This document shows, piece by piece, positions 8,092 through 17,910 of a stretch of DNA of 64,000 nucleotides; position 1 is the first letter of the stretch, and the number at the start of each line of letters is the position of its first letter. Where the stretch lies: NCBI GenBank assembly GCA_965277805.1, contig OZ255842.1:1856001-1920000 (forward strand). The letters are read 5' to 3'. The position numbers and the translations under genes are program-made. The notes under the pieces are model-generated. The model had not been told where the DNA came from. It did not search any database and saw only the letters and a program-made list of their open reading frames with translations. The stretch is from Candidatus Lustribacter sp. GTDB taxonomy: Bacteria > Vulcanimicrobiota > Vulcanimicrobiia > Vulcanimicrobiales > Vulcanimicrobiaceae.

Positions 8092-8887
8092 CGAGCTTTT
8101 CAAACTCCACGTTGTCCGGTGCGGCCACGACGTCGATCGTATCGACGGTGAAATCACCCTGCGGCGTGATCTCGAAATAGTTCACGGCCTCGTGCGACAC
8201 CGTTTGCTGCAGCGACCGGATGGCATCGGTTCGCACGCGCGGCGTGTTCATGCGCTCGATCCACGACGCAAACTCCAGATGCAGGCGGCGCATGACGGTG
8301 CGTTCGATCCGGAAGCCCGCCTGCGCGAGCAATTGTTCCCACTCGCGCGGCGAGTAGTCGCGCACGTGCGAGGGATCCCGGAACACCTCGATCGCCTGCA
8401 AGAACGTATCGAGCACCGGGCGTGCCGGCGCGGCAACGTCGATGAACACCGCGCGACCCGAATCGCGCAGCACGCGCCGCGCTTCGGCGAGGCCTTGCGC
8501 AACGTCGTCCCAATGATGCGCGCTGTACCGCGTCAGCACGAGATCGAACGACGCATCGTCGAACGGCAGCGACGTCACGGAGCCGGCGACGGTTGTAACA
8601 TTGCCGAGCCCGCGCTCCTTCGCAACCGAGGCGACGGTCGCTAACATTTCGGTCGAAAGATCGTAGGCCACGACGCCGGCAACATGCGGAGCAACCGAAA
8701 AGCTGACGTGCCCGCCCCCGCAGCCGAGATCGAGTACGCGCACGGGGCCGGCCGCCGCAGCCATCGTGGCGAGCTGCTGCAAATCTTCGCCTTGCGAATG
8801 CACGGTGCTCGCAACGTACTGCGTGCTGCGGCTACCGAATTGCGCGACGATCAGCGCGTCTTGCGTGCCGGCTTCGTTTTGATCCAC
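8084..8887 (-). CDS. Class I SAM-dependent methyltransferase (YafE/UbiE-like)
   Basis: VLDLGCGGG, LPFDDASFDLV..YSAHHW, RDPSHVRDY. The ORF-track ATG at 8920 falls inside a repeat, so GTG 8887 is used. Confidence 0.88.
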   Translation of the reverse strand: MDQNEAGTQDALIVAQFGSRSTQYVASTVHSQGEDLQQLATMAAAAGPVRVLDLGCGGGHVSFSVAPHVAGVVAYDLSTEMLATVASVAKERGLGNVTTVAGSVTSLPFDDASFDLVLTRYSAHHWDDVAQGLAEARRVLRDSGRAVFIDVAAPARPVLDTFLQAIEVFRDPSHVRDYSPREWEQLLAQAGFRIERTVMRRLHLEFASWIERMNTPRVRTDAIRSLQQTVSHEAVNYFEITPQGDFTVDTIDVVAAPDNVEFEKLAR

Positions 8888-8915
8888 GCGATCCGATTCT
8901 GCGCCTACCCCCCGT

Positions 8916-8939
8916 GTCATCCCGAGCTTGTCGAGGGAC
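8916..8939 (+). repeat. REP-like intergenic repeat, copy 1
   Basis: GTCATCCCGAGCTTGTCGAGGGAC; 21/24 identical to the reverse complement of 22701-22724. Confidence 0.65.
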
Positions 8940-9018
8940 AGCCTCTCACCGTAAAGTGGGCGGCATCACGCAACAAAGGGCGGCTTTGGGTACGTTCCTC
9001 CGGTAGAGGTAAACGGCC

Positions 9019-9231
9019 ATGAACATCTTCGATACGGCACAATGGCGCGAATTCGAGAGCGAACAATGGCATCAAGCAGTGCGCAACCGCGGCCTAGAAC
9101 TGCGCTCCCTCGACGTGGATGAACGCGGCCTCGTCTTCGACGCCATCACGACCGACCTCGAACGCCGCAAACGCGCGCGCGAGGCGGCCGAGACGCCGAC
9201 GATTCACCCGTCGCTGACCGACTGTCCTTAG
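9019..9231 (+). CDS. Small hypothetical protein (70 aa)
   Basis: AGAGG upstream of the ATG, GC-rich third positions, 4-bp overlap with the convergent moaA stop. Confidence 0.6.
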   Translation: MNIFDTAQWREFESEQWHQAVRNRGLELRSLDVDERGLVFDAITTDLERRKRAREAAETPTIHPSLTDCP

Positions 9232-10244
9232 CCGCCGATTTCGCTTAGGGCGCGCATGGCGCTGGCGGTTTGGCCGATGTCGAGGTGGTGCCGTTCGGGT
9301 TTGACGTACATCGAGCCGCGCAGGATTGCGATAAGGGCTTCTTCGCCGGCGCGATCGCGGACCGGCGTGCGCAGATCGATGAAGTGATCGCCGAAGAGGC
9401 ACAGCTTCAGGCGGCCGTCTGCGGAGAGGCGCACGCGGTTGCACGTATCGCAGTAGTCATGCGAGAGCGGTGAGATTACGCCGACGCTGCCGGCCGCGCC
9501 GTCGAAGGCGTAGTAGCGCGCGGGGCCGTTGCCCTTCGGGCCCTCGACCGGCTGCAGGTCGCCGTTCGTCCGAATGCGCTCGAGGATCTCGGTCGCGCTG
9601 ATGTACTGGTTCTCATGGCCGTCCACGTTTTCGTGCACGGGCATCACCTCGATAAAGCGCACGGCAACGGCGCGATCGCGCGTCATCTCCGCGAAGGCTT
9701 GCACTTCATCGTCATTCTGACCGCGCATCACGACGCAGTTGAGCTTGATCGGACCGAGGCCTGCGGCGAAGGCCGCGTCGATGCCCGCAAGCACGCGCTG
9801 CAATCCCGGCCGGCGCGCGATCGCTTCGAAGCGATCCTCACGCAGCGTATCGAGGGAAATGTTCGCGCGCGTGAGGCCCGCGTCGACCAAGCCTTGCACT
9901 TGCTCCGCCAGCAGCAGGCCGTTGGTCGAGAGCGCGATGTCATCGATGCCGGGAATCGCGGACAGCATCGCGACGAGGCGCTTGAGGTCCTTGCGGATCA
10001 GCGGCTCGCCGCCGGTAAGGCGAATGCTGCGCACGCCGACCTTGGCCGCGGCGCGCACGATCTCGGCAATCTCCTCATAGGTGAGGATCTCGCGCTTGTC
10101 GATCCACGGCAAGCCCTCTTCGGGCATGCAGTAGACGCAGCGCAGATTGCAGCGATCCGTCACCGAGATGCGGAGATAGGTAATCGGCCGATGGAAGGCG
10201 TCGGCGAGCTGCGGCTCCGTCGGCCTCGCAATCAAATCGATCAT
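9228..10244 (-). CDS. moaA: GTP 3',8-cyclase MoaA
   Basis: LRISVTDRCNLRCVYCMP, RLTGGEPL, CDTCNRVRL..LCL, C-terminal IGG. Confidence 0.97.
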   Translation of the reverse strand: MIDLIARPTEPQLADAFHRPITYLRISVTDRCNLRCVYCMPEEGLPWIDKREILTYEEIAEIVRAAAKVGVRSIRLTGGEPLIRKDLKRLVAMLSAIPGIDDIALSTNGLLLAEQVQGLVDAGLTRANISLDTLREDRFEAIARRPGLQRVLAGIDAAFAAGLGPIKLNCVVMRGQNDDEVQAFAEMTRDRAVAVRFIEVMPVHENVDGHENQYISATEILERIRTNGDLQPVEGPKGNGPARYYAFDGAAGSVGVISPLSHDYCDTCNRVRLSADGRLKLCLFGDHFIDLRTPVRDRAGEEALIAILRGSMYVKPERHHLDIGQTASAMRALSEIGG

Positions 10245-10274
10245 TTAGCCAGCGACCTTAGACTTGAGGGCGGC

Positions 10275-10318
10275 TCGGCCCTCGGGCCGAACGCAACGGA
10301 CTCGCGGAACTCGAGTCC
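10275..10318. other. Two tandem GC-rich hairpins between the LolA-like gene and moaA
   Basis: TCGGCCC-N2-GGGCCGA (10275-10290) and GGACTCG-N7-CGAGTCC (10298-10318). Confidence 0.45.
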
Positions 10319-10953
10319 TAGTCCGTCGCGAAGACGCCTTGGTCGATCGGCACGTTCAACTTGTAGTTGGAGAACGAAGAGGCCACGTCGGCATGATACG
10401 ACGGCAGATCGACCTTGCCGGTCTGCGATTTGATCACGTAGTTGCCGTTCAACACGGCGTAGGTCTGCTGAAACGAGATGGTCCCTCCATCTTTATAGAT
10501 GTAGGCCATCGAGGTGACCGTTGCGGTCCGGTCGTCCACCGAAACATCGACATGGTCGACCCGGCCGTTGACCTTACGCACCAGCCGGAACTTGGCCGTC
10601 GTCCCATCGTCGGCAACCGGGGTCACGTCGTAGACCGCAGGCCACTCGGACGGGGGCTCCAGCTGCGGGTAAACCTTCTTGAATTGGCTGGCGAGCGCTG
10701 GGACGGTATCGAAGACGACCGCGTTCTTGTCCGGCTGCTCGAAGTAGGCTTTGCCGTCGAGCGAGGGGCTGATGAACGGGAAGCCGTGCGTCGTTACGTC
10801 GACGTGCAGGTCGGCTTGATATGACTTCAGGGCCGCATTGACGCGCTGCATCCGGGCATAGACGGCGTTTCCGTCCGCGCCCGGGGCGTCGGCAGCAATA
10901 GAACCGGCGATTAGGGCGGCGGCGAGGGTCAGGCGGAAAAACACGGCAATCAT
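10318..10953 (-). CDS. Exported protein, LolA/lipoprotein-sorting-like fold
   Basis: Signal peptide, LKSYQADLHVDV..GKAYFEQPDK pattern, beta-rich. Confidence 0.55.
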   Translation of the reverse strand: MIAVFFRLTLAAALIAGSIAADAPGADGNAVYARMQRVNAALKSYQADLHVDVTTHGFPFISPSLDGKAYFEQPDKNAVVFDTVPALASQFKKVYPQLEPPSEWPAVYDVTPVADDGTTAKFRLVRKVNGRVDHVDVSVDDRTATVTSMAYIYKDGGTISFQQTYAVLNGNYVIKSQTGKVDLPSYHADVASSFSNYKLNVPIDQGVFATD

Positions 10954-10958
10954 CGCGA

Positions 10959-12092
10959 CTATCCTACCCGAGGCGACTGAGAATGGCATAGCACGGCGGC
11001 TTGGATTTCATCCAGCGCCAACGCGTCTGTCTCGGTCTCCAGGCGACCGCGCAGGGCGGCCAAGGCGCGCGGCGACCCGATGCGTCCCAGCGCCCAGGCG
11101 GCGTGGCCGCGGACCAGCGGATGCGGGTCCCCGGCGAGCGCTTCTTCGAGCACCGGCACATCGGCGCGGTCGAGCAGGTTGCCCATCGCCACTGCCGCGT
11201 TGCGCCGCAGCACCGCGCTGCCCCGCCAGCCGATCGCCGTGCGCGCGTAGCGGCGCTTGAACTCGCCGCTCTTCAACCGCAACAACGCGGCGAGCGACGG
11301 GGCACGCGTTTCGGCATCGAGCGGCACGAAGGCACCGGCCGTGCGCGGCGCGCGGCTCGTCGGCGGACACGCCTCCTGGCAGAGATCGCACCCCCACACC
11401 CAGGTCCCGATCAGCGGACGCAACTCGCGCGGGATCGGCCCGGAGCGCTGGGTGAGATCGGAGATACAGCGCGTCGCGTCGATCGTGTAATCGCCGCGCA
11501 GCGCGCCGGTCGGACATGCCGTCACGCAGCGCGCACACGCGCCGCAGCTCTTCTTCAGCGGCGCGTCGGGCGCAAGGTCAAGCGACGTCACCACTTCGCC
11601 GAGGAACACGTACGAGCCGAGGCCGGGAGCGATCAGGTTCGTGTGTTTGCCGATCCAGCCGATGCCGGCGCGTTCGGCGAACGCGCGCTCGGCGACGGGT
11701 GCGGTGTCGCACGCAATCGCGGTCGTCGCGCCCAGGCCTTCCAGCTCGCGCGCGAGCGCGGCCAGCAGTTCGCGCATCCGCCGGTGGTAGTCGTCCGACC
11801 AGGCGTAATTCGAGACGCGTCCGCGGCCGGCGCGCTGCGCTTCGCCCGGCGTCGCGTAGGCGACCGCAACGCACACGACGCTGCGCGCCGCGGCCAAGAG
11901 CGTTCGCGGGTCGGCCGCTTTCGCCGCGTAGCGTTCGTCGTAGGGCCACGTCTGCAGATCGCCGCGTTCGAACGATGCGTTCATCCGCTCGTGCGTCCAG
12001 GCTTGCGGATCGGCCGGCGCGATGCGCACGGCGTCGGCGCCACACTTGCGAGCTGCGGCCAGCACGCCGGCACGCAACCCGACGGCGGTCAT
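10959..12092 (-). CDS. queG: Epoxyqueuosine reductase QueG
   Basis: SNYAWSDDYH, DTAPVAER, GWIGKHTNL, CGACARCVTACPTGA, GCDLCQEACP, C-terminal HEAT repeats. Confidence 0.93.
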   Translation of the reverse strand: MTAVGLRAGVLAAARKCGADAVRIAPADPQAWTHERMNASFERGDLQTWPYDERYAAKAADPRTLLAAARSVVCVAVAYATPGEAQRAGRGRVSNYAWSDDYHRRMRELLAALARELEGLGATTAIACDTAPVAERAFAERAGIGWIGKHTNLIAPGLGSYVFLGEVVTSLDLAPDAPLKKSCGACARCVTACPTGALRGDYTIDATRCISDLTQRSGPIPRELRPLIGTWVWGCDLCQEACPPTSRAPRTAGAFVPLDAETRAPSLAALLRLKSGEFKRRYARTAIGWRGSAVLRRNAAVAMGNLLDRADVPVLEEALAGDPHPLVRGHAAWALGRIGSPRALAALRGRLETETDALALDEIQAAVLCHSQSPRVG

Positions 12093-12937
12093 AGCGTCGG
12101 CAAGCCGCCGCGCCGGCGCCGGGCGGGAAAGGCCCGGTCGATCGCCGCGATCTCGTCGTCCGTCAAGCGAAAATTGCCGCCGGCCGCGTTGTCGGCCACG
12201 TGCGCGAAGTTCGACGCTTTCGGAATCGCAAACGACAAGTCGTCGCGAGTGAGGAACGCGAGGATCACCGCGTGCGCGCTGACGTTGTGCGCCTTACCGA
12301 TGTGCTCGAGTTCTCTTGCGCCGGGCGTGCCGCGCCACTCGCCGCGTCCGAACGGCGTGTACGCCACCGTCGCGATCCCCGCTTCTTTGCAGAACGGGAT
12401 CTCGTGCGCTTCGACCGATCGTTCGCCCAAGTGATACAGCACTTGGTTACAGGCGATCCGCTCGCGCTTGAGCGCAGCTTGCGCTTCTTGCAGATCGGGA
12501 ACGCTGAAATTGCTCACGCCGAGCGCGCGAATGTCGCCGTTGGCGACGAGGTATTCGAACGCGCGCATCGTTTCGGCGATCGGAAAGCTGCCGGGCCAGT
12601 GCAAGAGATAGCCGTCGAGGTATTCGACGCCCATCCGCTGCATCGACGCATGGCACGCCTTGATCGTGCCGTCGTAGGACGCATTCGACGGCAGCACTTT
12701 GGAGACGAGAAAAAGCTGCTCGCGCGGCAAGCCCGCAATCGCCTCGCCCACCAGCGACTCGGCGCCGCCGTCGCCGTACATCTCGGCGGTATCGATGTGC
12801 ACCATGCCGAGCTTGACGCCGTCGCGCAGCGCACCGATCGCTTCGTCGCGCGCTTGGCCGCGGAGCGGCACGTTCCAGGTGCCCTGGCCGATGATCGGTA
12901 CGGACGGGAAGCCCGTACCGAATTCGCGCGCGATCAT
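12089..12937 (-). CDS. Aldo/keto reductase
   Basis: IGQGTW, IDTAEMYG, LVSKVLP, YLLHWP, GVSNF, AIPKAS. Confidence 0.93.
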   Translation of the reverse strand: MIAREFGTGFPSVPIIGQGTWNVPLRGQARDEAIGALRDGVKLGMVHIDTAEMYGDGGAESLVGEAIAGLPREQLFLVSKVLPSNASYDGTIKACHASMQRMGVEYLDGYLLHWPGSFPIAETMRAFEYLVANGDIRALGVSNFSVPDLQEAQAALKRERIACNQVLYHLGERSVEAHEIPFCKEAGIATVAYTPFGRGEWRGTPGARELEHIGKAHNVSAHAVILAFLTRDDLSFAIPKASNFAHVADNAAGGNFRLTDDEIAAIDRAFPARRRRGGLPTL

Positions 12938-13245
12938 TCGAAGACGTATTGCATGCGCGCCGACTCTTCGCGATACGGCGAGATGTAGGTCTTGACGATC
13001 ATCTTGTGGTGTTCGCGGCCCATGTACGTGCGAAAGTCCGCTTCGTTGTCGAAATCGAGCACGATCGCGAAATCCATGTTCTTGAAGTTGGCCGCTTCGA
13101 GCCCGAGCTTCGCGTCGCGGTGCACGCCCATCTTGCGGATCTCTGGAAAACGCTGCGGGAAGTCGGCAAGCATCTCGAACACCTTGTCGATCGCTTCGGG
13201 CGGCGTGCCGGCCTTCCAGCGGTTGAAATGGATGTGGCGTATCAT
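12934..13245 (-). CDS. Dabb (stress-responsive A/B barrel) family protein
   Basis: MIRHIHFNRWK..DFAIVLDFDNEADFRTYMGREHH. Confidence 0.75.
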   Translation of the reverse strand: MIRHIHFNRWKAGTPPEAIDKVFEMLADFPQRFPEIRKMGVHRDAKLGLEAANFKNMDFAIVLDFDNEADFRTYMGREHHKMIVKTYISPYREESARMQYVFE

Positions 13246-13261
13246 TCCGGGCTCCGTTTCA

Positions 13262-14389
13262 TCAGAAGATGTCGAACGTGGCGTCGAGGGCGGCGTAGGC
13301 GAGTAGGCCGTCGCGCAGGTGACGCACGCCGCCGAAGCCGGCGTCACGCAGGCGCCGGGCGGCCCAGCGCGATTTTACCCCGACGCGGCAGGCGACGACG
13401 TAGTGCGCGGTCGGATCCAGTTCGTGCAGACGGGCTTCGAGTTCGCTCGCCGGCATCGAGATCGTACCCACGGGCGCGCCGAGCACCGCTTCATGCGGTT
13501 CGCGCACGTCGAGCAAGCGCGCTTGCGGGTCGCGCGCCAGCAGTGCGTCAAGGTCGGTCGCGGCAATCTCCGCATCGGCCGGATCGGCGGCGGCAGGCGG
13601 CGCTTCTGCCGAGACGTCGTGGATCGCCGGTGCGTCGCCGCAGACGGGACACGCCGGATCGCGCGCGAGGCGCACTTCGCGCACGCGCGCGTCGAGTGCG
13701 TCGACGAGCATCAGGCGGCCGATCAGCGGCGTGCCGATGCCGAGCACAAGCTTGAGCGCCTCCGAGGCTTGCCACGTGCCGATGATCCCGGCCAGCACGC
13801 CGAGCACGCCGCCTTCGGCGCAATTGGGCACGAGTTCCGGCGGCGGCGGTTCGGGATACAAACAGCGATAGCACGGTCCGCCCTTCGTAGCGAACACCGA
13901 GACTTGGCCGTCGAACCGGAAGATCGAACCATAAACGTCGGGCTTACCTTCGAGCACGCAGGCGTCGTTGATGAGATAGCGCGCGGCAAACGTGTCGGTG
14001 CCGTCGACGACGACATCATAGAGACGCACGATCTCGCGCGCGTTACTCGCATCGAGCCGCACCGGCAGGACATCGAGCGCGATCTGCGGGTTGAGCGCGT
14101 GCAAACGTTCGGCCGCCGTCGCGGCCTTCGATTTGCCGACGTCGGCAGTGTCGTAGAGAATCTGGCGCTGCAAGTTCGTCACGTCGACCGCATCGTCGTC
14201 GACGATGCCGATCCGTCCGACGCCGGCCGCGGCGAGATACGCCAGCACCGGCGACCCGAGACCGCCCGCGCCGACCACGAGCACGCGCGCGGCGGCGAGC
14301 CTTTCCTGTCCGGCGAGCCCGACTTCGGGAATGAGCAAGTGGCGGCTATAGCGCCGCAGATCCGTCTTGCCCGCCAGCGACGGGGTCAT
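13262..14389 (-). CDS. moeB: Molybdopterin-synthase adenylyltransferase with rhodanese domain (MoeB/MoeZ)
   Basis: RYSRHLLIPEVG, GAGGLGSP, NLQRQ, PCYRCL, CPVC, rhodanese LLDVRE..CRVGVKS. Confidence 0.93.
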   Translation of the reverse strand: MTPSLAGKTDLRRYSRHLLIPEVGLAGQERLAAARVLVVGAGGLGSPVLAYLAAAGVGRIGIVDDDAVDVTNLQRQILYDTADVGKSKAATAAERLHALNPQIALDVLPVRLDASNAREIVRLYDVVVDGTDTFAARYLINDACVLEGKPDVYGSIFRFDGQVSVFATKGGPCYRCLYPEPPPPELVPNCAEGGVLGVLAGIIGTWQASEALKLVLGIGTPLIGRLMLVDALDARVREVRLARDPACPVCGDAPAIHDVSAEAPPAAADPADAEIAATDLDALLARDPQARLLDVREPHEAVLGAPVGTISMPASELEARLHELDPTAHYVVACRVGVKSRWAARRLRDAGFGGVRHLRDGLLAYAALDATFDIF

Positions 14390-15114
14390 CAGACGGCGAC
14401 CCGCACGTGGCGTTCGTTGAGCCACGCCAGCACGGCCGAGCGCGAGTTATCGCCGGCGAAGGTGTGATCGCTTGCGACCGTAGCGAACGTCTTCGGATCG
14501 GGCGCGCGCTCGAATAATTCCTCGACGCTGGATCGCGCGACCATGCCGTCGCGTTCGGCCGCGATGTAGAGCTGCGGCCGGCCGGCGAGCTTCGGCAGTG
14601 CTGCATCGAGCAGCGGCTGCCACTGCGTCGCCACCTCCGGCAACGCGAGCCCGTCGACGTACGACGAACGCAGATCGACGACGCCGCCGCGCGCCAGCGC
14701 GTTGAGCGCTTGCGGGCGGCCGTAACCGGTGGCGATGGAGATGACGCCGTCGATCGTCGGGTCGTCACCGGCCGTGCATAGCGCGGTCGTCGCGCCCATG
14801 CTATGGCCCATCACATACAGCGTGCCCGCCCCACGTTTGCGCGCTTCGGCGACGACCGCGTGCATCGCGGCGGTGAGATCGGTCGCGGCGTTGAGCCGTC
14901 CGCCGCTCGAACCGAGTTTGTGGCCGGGAAAGTCGAGCGAGTAGATCGTGAATCCGTGCCCGGAGAGAAACGAGCACAGCATGTCGAGGTTCTGCTTTGA
15001 ACTCGAGTAGCCGTGGCCGGCGACCAGCGTCACGCCGCGCGGCCGGCGCGCTTCGTAGCCCAGCACGGCCACCGAATTCGTCCCGGCATCGACGCGGAAC
15101 AACTCGACGTTCAT
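14389..15114 (-). CDS. Alpha/beta hydrolase
   Basis: HGYSS, DFPGH, GHSMG nucleophile elbow, Asp (RDGMV) and His (SDHTF). Confidence 0.85.
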   Translation of the reverse strand: MNVELFRVDAGTNSVAVLGYEARRPRGVTLVAGHGYSSSKQNLDMLCSFLSGHGFTIYSLDFPGHKLGSSGGRLNAATDLTAAMHAVVAEARKRGAGTLYVMGHSMGATTALCTAGDDPTIDGVISIATGYGRPQALNALARGGVVDLRSSYVDGLALPEVATQWQPLLDAALPKLAGRPQLYIAAERDGMVARSSVEELFERAPDPKTFATVASDHTFAGDNSRSAVLAWLNERHVRVAV

Positions 15115-15533
15115 GGCGGCGTGTTGGCGATCCAGGCCGTCTCGCCGTCGCGATAGGTCTCGCGCTTCCAGATCGGTGCGTTGGCCTTGAGCGTATCGAT
15201 CGCGAACTCGCACGCATCGAAAGCCGCGCCGCGGTGCGGCGATCCAACCGCGACCGCAACGCTCGCTTCACCGAGCGCAACGCGGCCGGTGCGATGGCAG
15301 ATCGCGATCTCGAGCGGTCCAAAACGCTCGCGCGCCTGGGCGGCAATGGCTTCGAAATCCGCCTTCGCCAGTTCGAGATAGGCTTCGTAGTCGAGCGCTT
15401 CAACCGGGCGATCGTCGCCGGGCGACGTCTCGCGCGTGGTGCCGAGAAAGCTGCAAATGGCACCGTGCGCGGGACTGCTCACCGCGGCGATCATGGCGGC
15501 CAGATCGATGGGCTCGGGGCCGATGCGGATCAT
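15111..15533 (-). CDS. moaE: Molybdopterin synthase catalytic subunit
   Basis: GAICSFLGTTR, LDYEAY, HRTG, SPHR, LKANAPIWKRE. Confidence 0.95.
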   Translation of the reverse strand: MIRIGPEPIDLAAMIAAVSSPAHGAICSFLGTTRETSPGDDRPVEALDYEAYLELAKADFEAIAAQARERFGPLEIAICHRTGRVALGEASVAVAVGSPHRGAAFDACEFAIDTLKANAPIWKRETYRDGETAWIANTPP

Positions 15534-15775
15534 CCGCCACCGACCGGCGGCATGAGCGCGATTTCGTCGCCGTCGGAGACGCGCGTCGCTCCGTCGACGA
15601 CGACGCCGTTACGCGCGAAGCGCGTCGAAGCGCGTAGGCGGCCGGCTTCCGGTGAACCCGAGGTCAGCGAAACCCACACATCTTCCAGCGTCGCCGACGG
15701 CCCCACTTCCAGCGTGCGCTCGCCGAAGCCGAGCAATTCGCGCAAGCGTGCGAACGCGAGCACGCGGAGCGCCAT
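15530..15775 (-). CDS. moaD: Molybdopterin synthase sulfur carrier
   Basis: RVLAFARLRE...DGDEIALMPPVGGG with C-terminal GG. Confidence 0.92.
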   Translation of the reverse strand: MALRVLAFARLRELLGFGERTLEVGPSATLEDVWVSLTSGSPEAGRLRASTRFARNGVVVDGATRVSDGDEIALMPPVGGG

Positions 15776-16032
15776 CAGTATCCGCCCAAGTCGGTCGTGT
15801 AGCCGTGCTCCTCGAGCCAGGCACGGCTCTCGTCGTGTTTGCCGAGCAGGTCGATGCGACCGCAAGTAAGCTTGTGCATCAGCACTTCCCAAAAGTGCCG
15901 GCCTTGATTGTAGACGTCATCCGGGATCTGGTTGTGCGTGCGCGAGTGCTCGCGCAGCGCTTCCCAATCGCGGCGTGCCAGGATGTCGCGCAGGGCGTCT
16001 TCGTATTCGGGGCTCGGTGCGGCAGGCTGCAT
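15775..16032 (-). CDS. Hypothetical protein (85 aa)
   Basis: 1-bp stop/start overlaps on both sides (HAD upstream, moaD downstream); typical codon usage. Confidence 0.7.
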   Translation of the reverse strand: MQPAAPSPEYEDALRDILARRDWEALREHSRTHNQIPDDVYNQGRHFWEVLMHKLTCGRIDLLGKHDESRAWLEEHGYTTDLGGY

Positions 16033-16847
16033 TACGCGCTCTTCTTCTCCGCGGCGAAGCAAAACCGCTCGATCGCCTGCGCGACGCCGTCATCGGCGCA
16101 ATCGCCGGTCACATAGCGCACGGATTGCCGCACGTCGGCCGCGGCATTGGCCATCGCGACGCCGATCCCGGCCCAGCGCAGCATCGGCACGTCGTTCCGC
16201 GAATCACCGATCGCGAGCACGGAGTCACTGTGAATACCGAAGTCGGCGCACAGACGCACGAGCGCGTTCTTCTTGTTCGCATCGCGGTTGAGCACGACGC
16301 ACTCGATGAAGTCCTTCCACGTCTCATAGAGATAGGTGAGCGGCAAGTCGCCGAACTCGCGCTTCATCGCCTCGACGGCATCGGCACCCAAAAAGCGGAT
16401 GAAGGTGGGCGCGCCGGTGGCCAGCGCATCGAGCAGCGACGGCACCTCGCGCCAGTTCGGACCGACCACCTCTTGCATGAACACCTGCGAGCCGGTCGGG
16501 CGCAGGAACATCTCCTCGGCGTAGACCGCCACCGCAATGTTGTTGCGCTGCGCGAATTCGAGCATCGGCTTCGCATATTCGAGCGGCACCGGCGTGTGTT
16601 CGAGGACCTTGTTTGCGCCGAAGTCTTTCGTCAATGCGCCGTGGCAGCAGATCACGGGCAAGTTCAGCCCGAGTTCTTTCGAAACGCGAATCGGCGTGTC
16701 GACGCCGCGGCCGGTCACGAGCACGACGCGGATGCCGCTCTTGAGCGCGCGGGTAATCGCCGCGCGATTACCGGGTGAGACCGACTCGTCGGCGGCAAGC
16801 AGCGTGCCGTCAAGGTCGAGGGCTATGAGGTCGATTGACTGCGTCAC
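16032..16847 (-). CDS. Cof-type HAD-IIB hydrolase
   Basis: LDLDGTLL, VTGR, NK, IGDSRNDVPML. Confidence 0.93.
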   Translation of the reverse strand: MTQSIDLIALDLDGTLLAADESVSPGNRAAITRALKSGIRVVLVTGRGVDTPIRVSKELGLNLPVICCHGALTKDFGANKVLEHTPVPLEYAKPMLEFAQRNNIAVAVYAEEMFLRPTGSQVFMQEVVGPNWREVPSLLDALATGAPTFIRFLGADAVEAMKREFGDLPLTYLYETWKDFIECVVLNRDANKKNALVRLCADFGIHSDSVLAIGDSRNDVPMLRWAGIGVAMANAAADVRQSVRYVTGDCADDGVAQAIERFCFAAEKKSA

Positions 16848-16870
16848 GTGGGAAGATCGTCTTTCATCTG

Positions 16871-17416
16871 TTAGTTGAGCCGGCGTTCCATGCGAATGGT
16901 GCGCGCTCGATAGTGCCCGTCGGGCTCGAGGCGCACGCTCTTCGATACGGTATCGGCAGCCGGGCCGTCGAGCAACGCCTCGAGGTCGATCCCGGGTTCC
17001 GGATCGGCCCAGTATTCGTCGTAGGCGGTAAACCCGTTGGCCAGGTAGGCGGCGATCGCTCGCCGGTTATACCCCGCCACCTCCAAATGGAGACGGCGAA
17101 AGCCTTCGTTGGCAAGAACCGTCACAAAAGCCCCCAGGATGCGGCGCCCCAAGCCCTGGCCGATATACGCCGGATCGAGCATGATGCCGAGTTCGCCCGA
17201 AGCCATGGCCGGATCCATGTGCCGCAGAACCAAGGTAGCGACGAGCCGGTCGCCGGCCAAACCGGCGTACGGCCGGCGCACCGCCGGGGTCCCGGAGAGA
17301 AAAGCCCATAACTCATCGGCTGTGGCCGGGGTCAGGGCCGGGAGGTTGTAATGATGGAACAGCGGATCCGTGTGGCGCTCCCAGGCGGCTAAGGCGTCGA
17401 TGTCGCCCCGGTTCAT
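16871..17416 (-). CDS. GNAT (RimJ/RimL-like) acetyltransferase
   Basis: ELGIMLDPAYIGQGLG, NRRAIAAYLANGF; start approximate. Confidence 0.82.
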   Translation of the reverse strand: MNRGDIDALAAWERHTDPLFHHYNLPALTPATADELWAFLSGTPAVRRPYAGLAGDRLVATLVLRHMDPAMASGELGIMLDPAYIGQGLGRRILGAFVTVLANEGFRRLHLEVAGYNRRAIAAYLANGFTAYDEYWADPEPGIDLEALLDGPAADTVSKSVRLEPDGHYRARTIRMERRLN

Positions 17417-17461
17417 GGGCCGGATCGAAACGTTCGTGGCGGCGCCGACGTTGTTCGGGAT

Positions 17462-17842
17462 ATGCGTCTCCTCGCTCGGTCCCTCGCGGGAACGACCGTC
17501 GTTTTCCTCGCCGCGAACGCGAGCGCCCTTGCTCAAGGCGAGAACTGTACGCACGACACGCTCGTCATGGACGCCTCGCCGATCAGAGCGACGTTTTGCG
17601 TCGCCGGGCCGCCGGCCGCGCACGTGACGGTGAACGAGACCTTCGTCCGCGGCGACAAACGTCTCTCTCGGCCGCTCACGATCGACGTCGTCAACGGGGC
17701 CAGCGTGACGCGGGCCGTCGACGACGTCCCGCTCTCCGACCTCGGCTCGGACAGACAATTGCACCTGACGATCGCCTATCGCGAGGGCCGGGTCGAACTC
17801 GAGCACGCGCTGCTCTTACCGGGCGCCGTCGTCCTGAAGTAG
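17462..17842 (+). CDS. Hypothetical exported protein
   Basis: Signal peptide ending ALA-Q, Cys pair, beta-rich. Confidence 0.65.
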   Translation: MRLLARSLAGTTVVFLAANASALAQGENCTHDTLVMDASPIRATFCVAGPPAAHVTVNETFVRGDKRLSRPLTIDVVNGASVTRAVDDVPLSDLGSDRQLHLTIAYREGRVELEHALLLPGAVVLK

Positions 17843-17910
17843 CCGCAACCTCTGGTTGCCGGCTCCGGTTACTACAGCGCGATATGGCCTGTACGGCGGT
17901 AGCCCCCGGA

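Noticed and set aside
10245-10318. Moco riboswitch upstream of moaA
   Set aside because: Only about 70 nt are available and the conserved Moco-RNA elements are absent; just two simple hairpins
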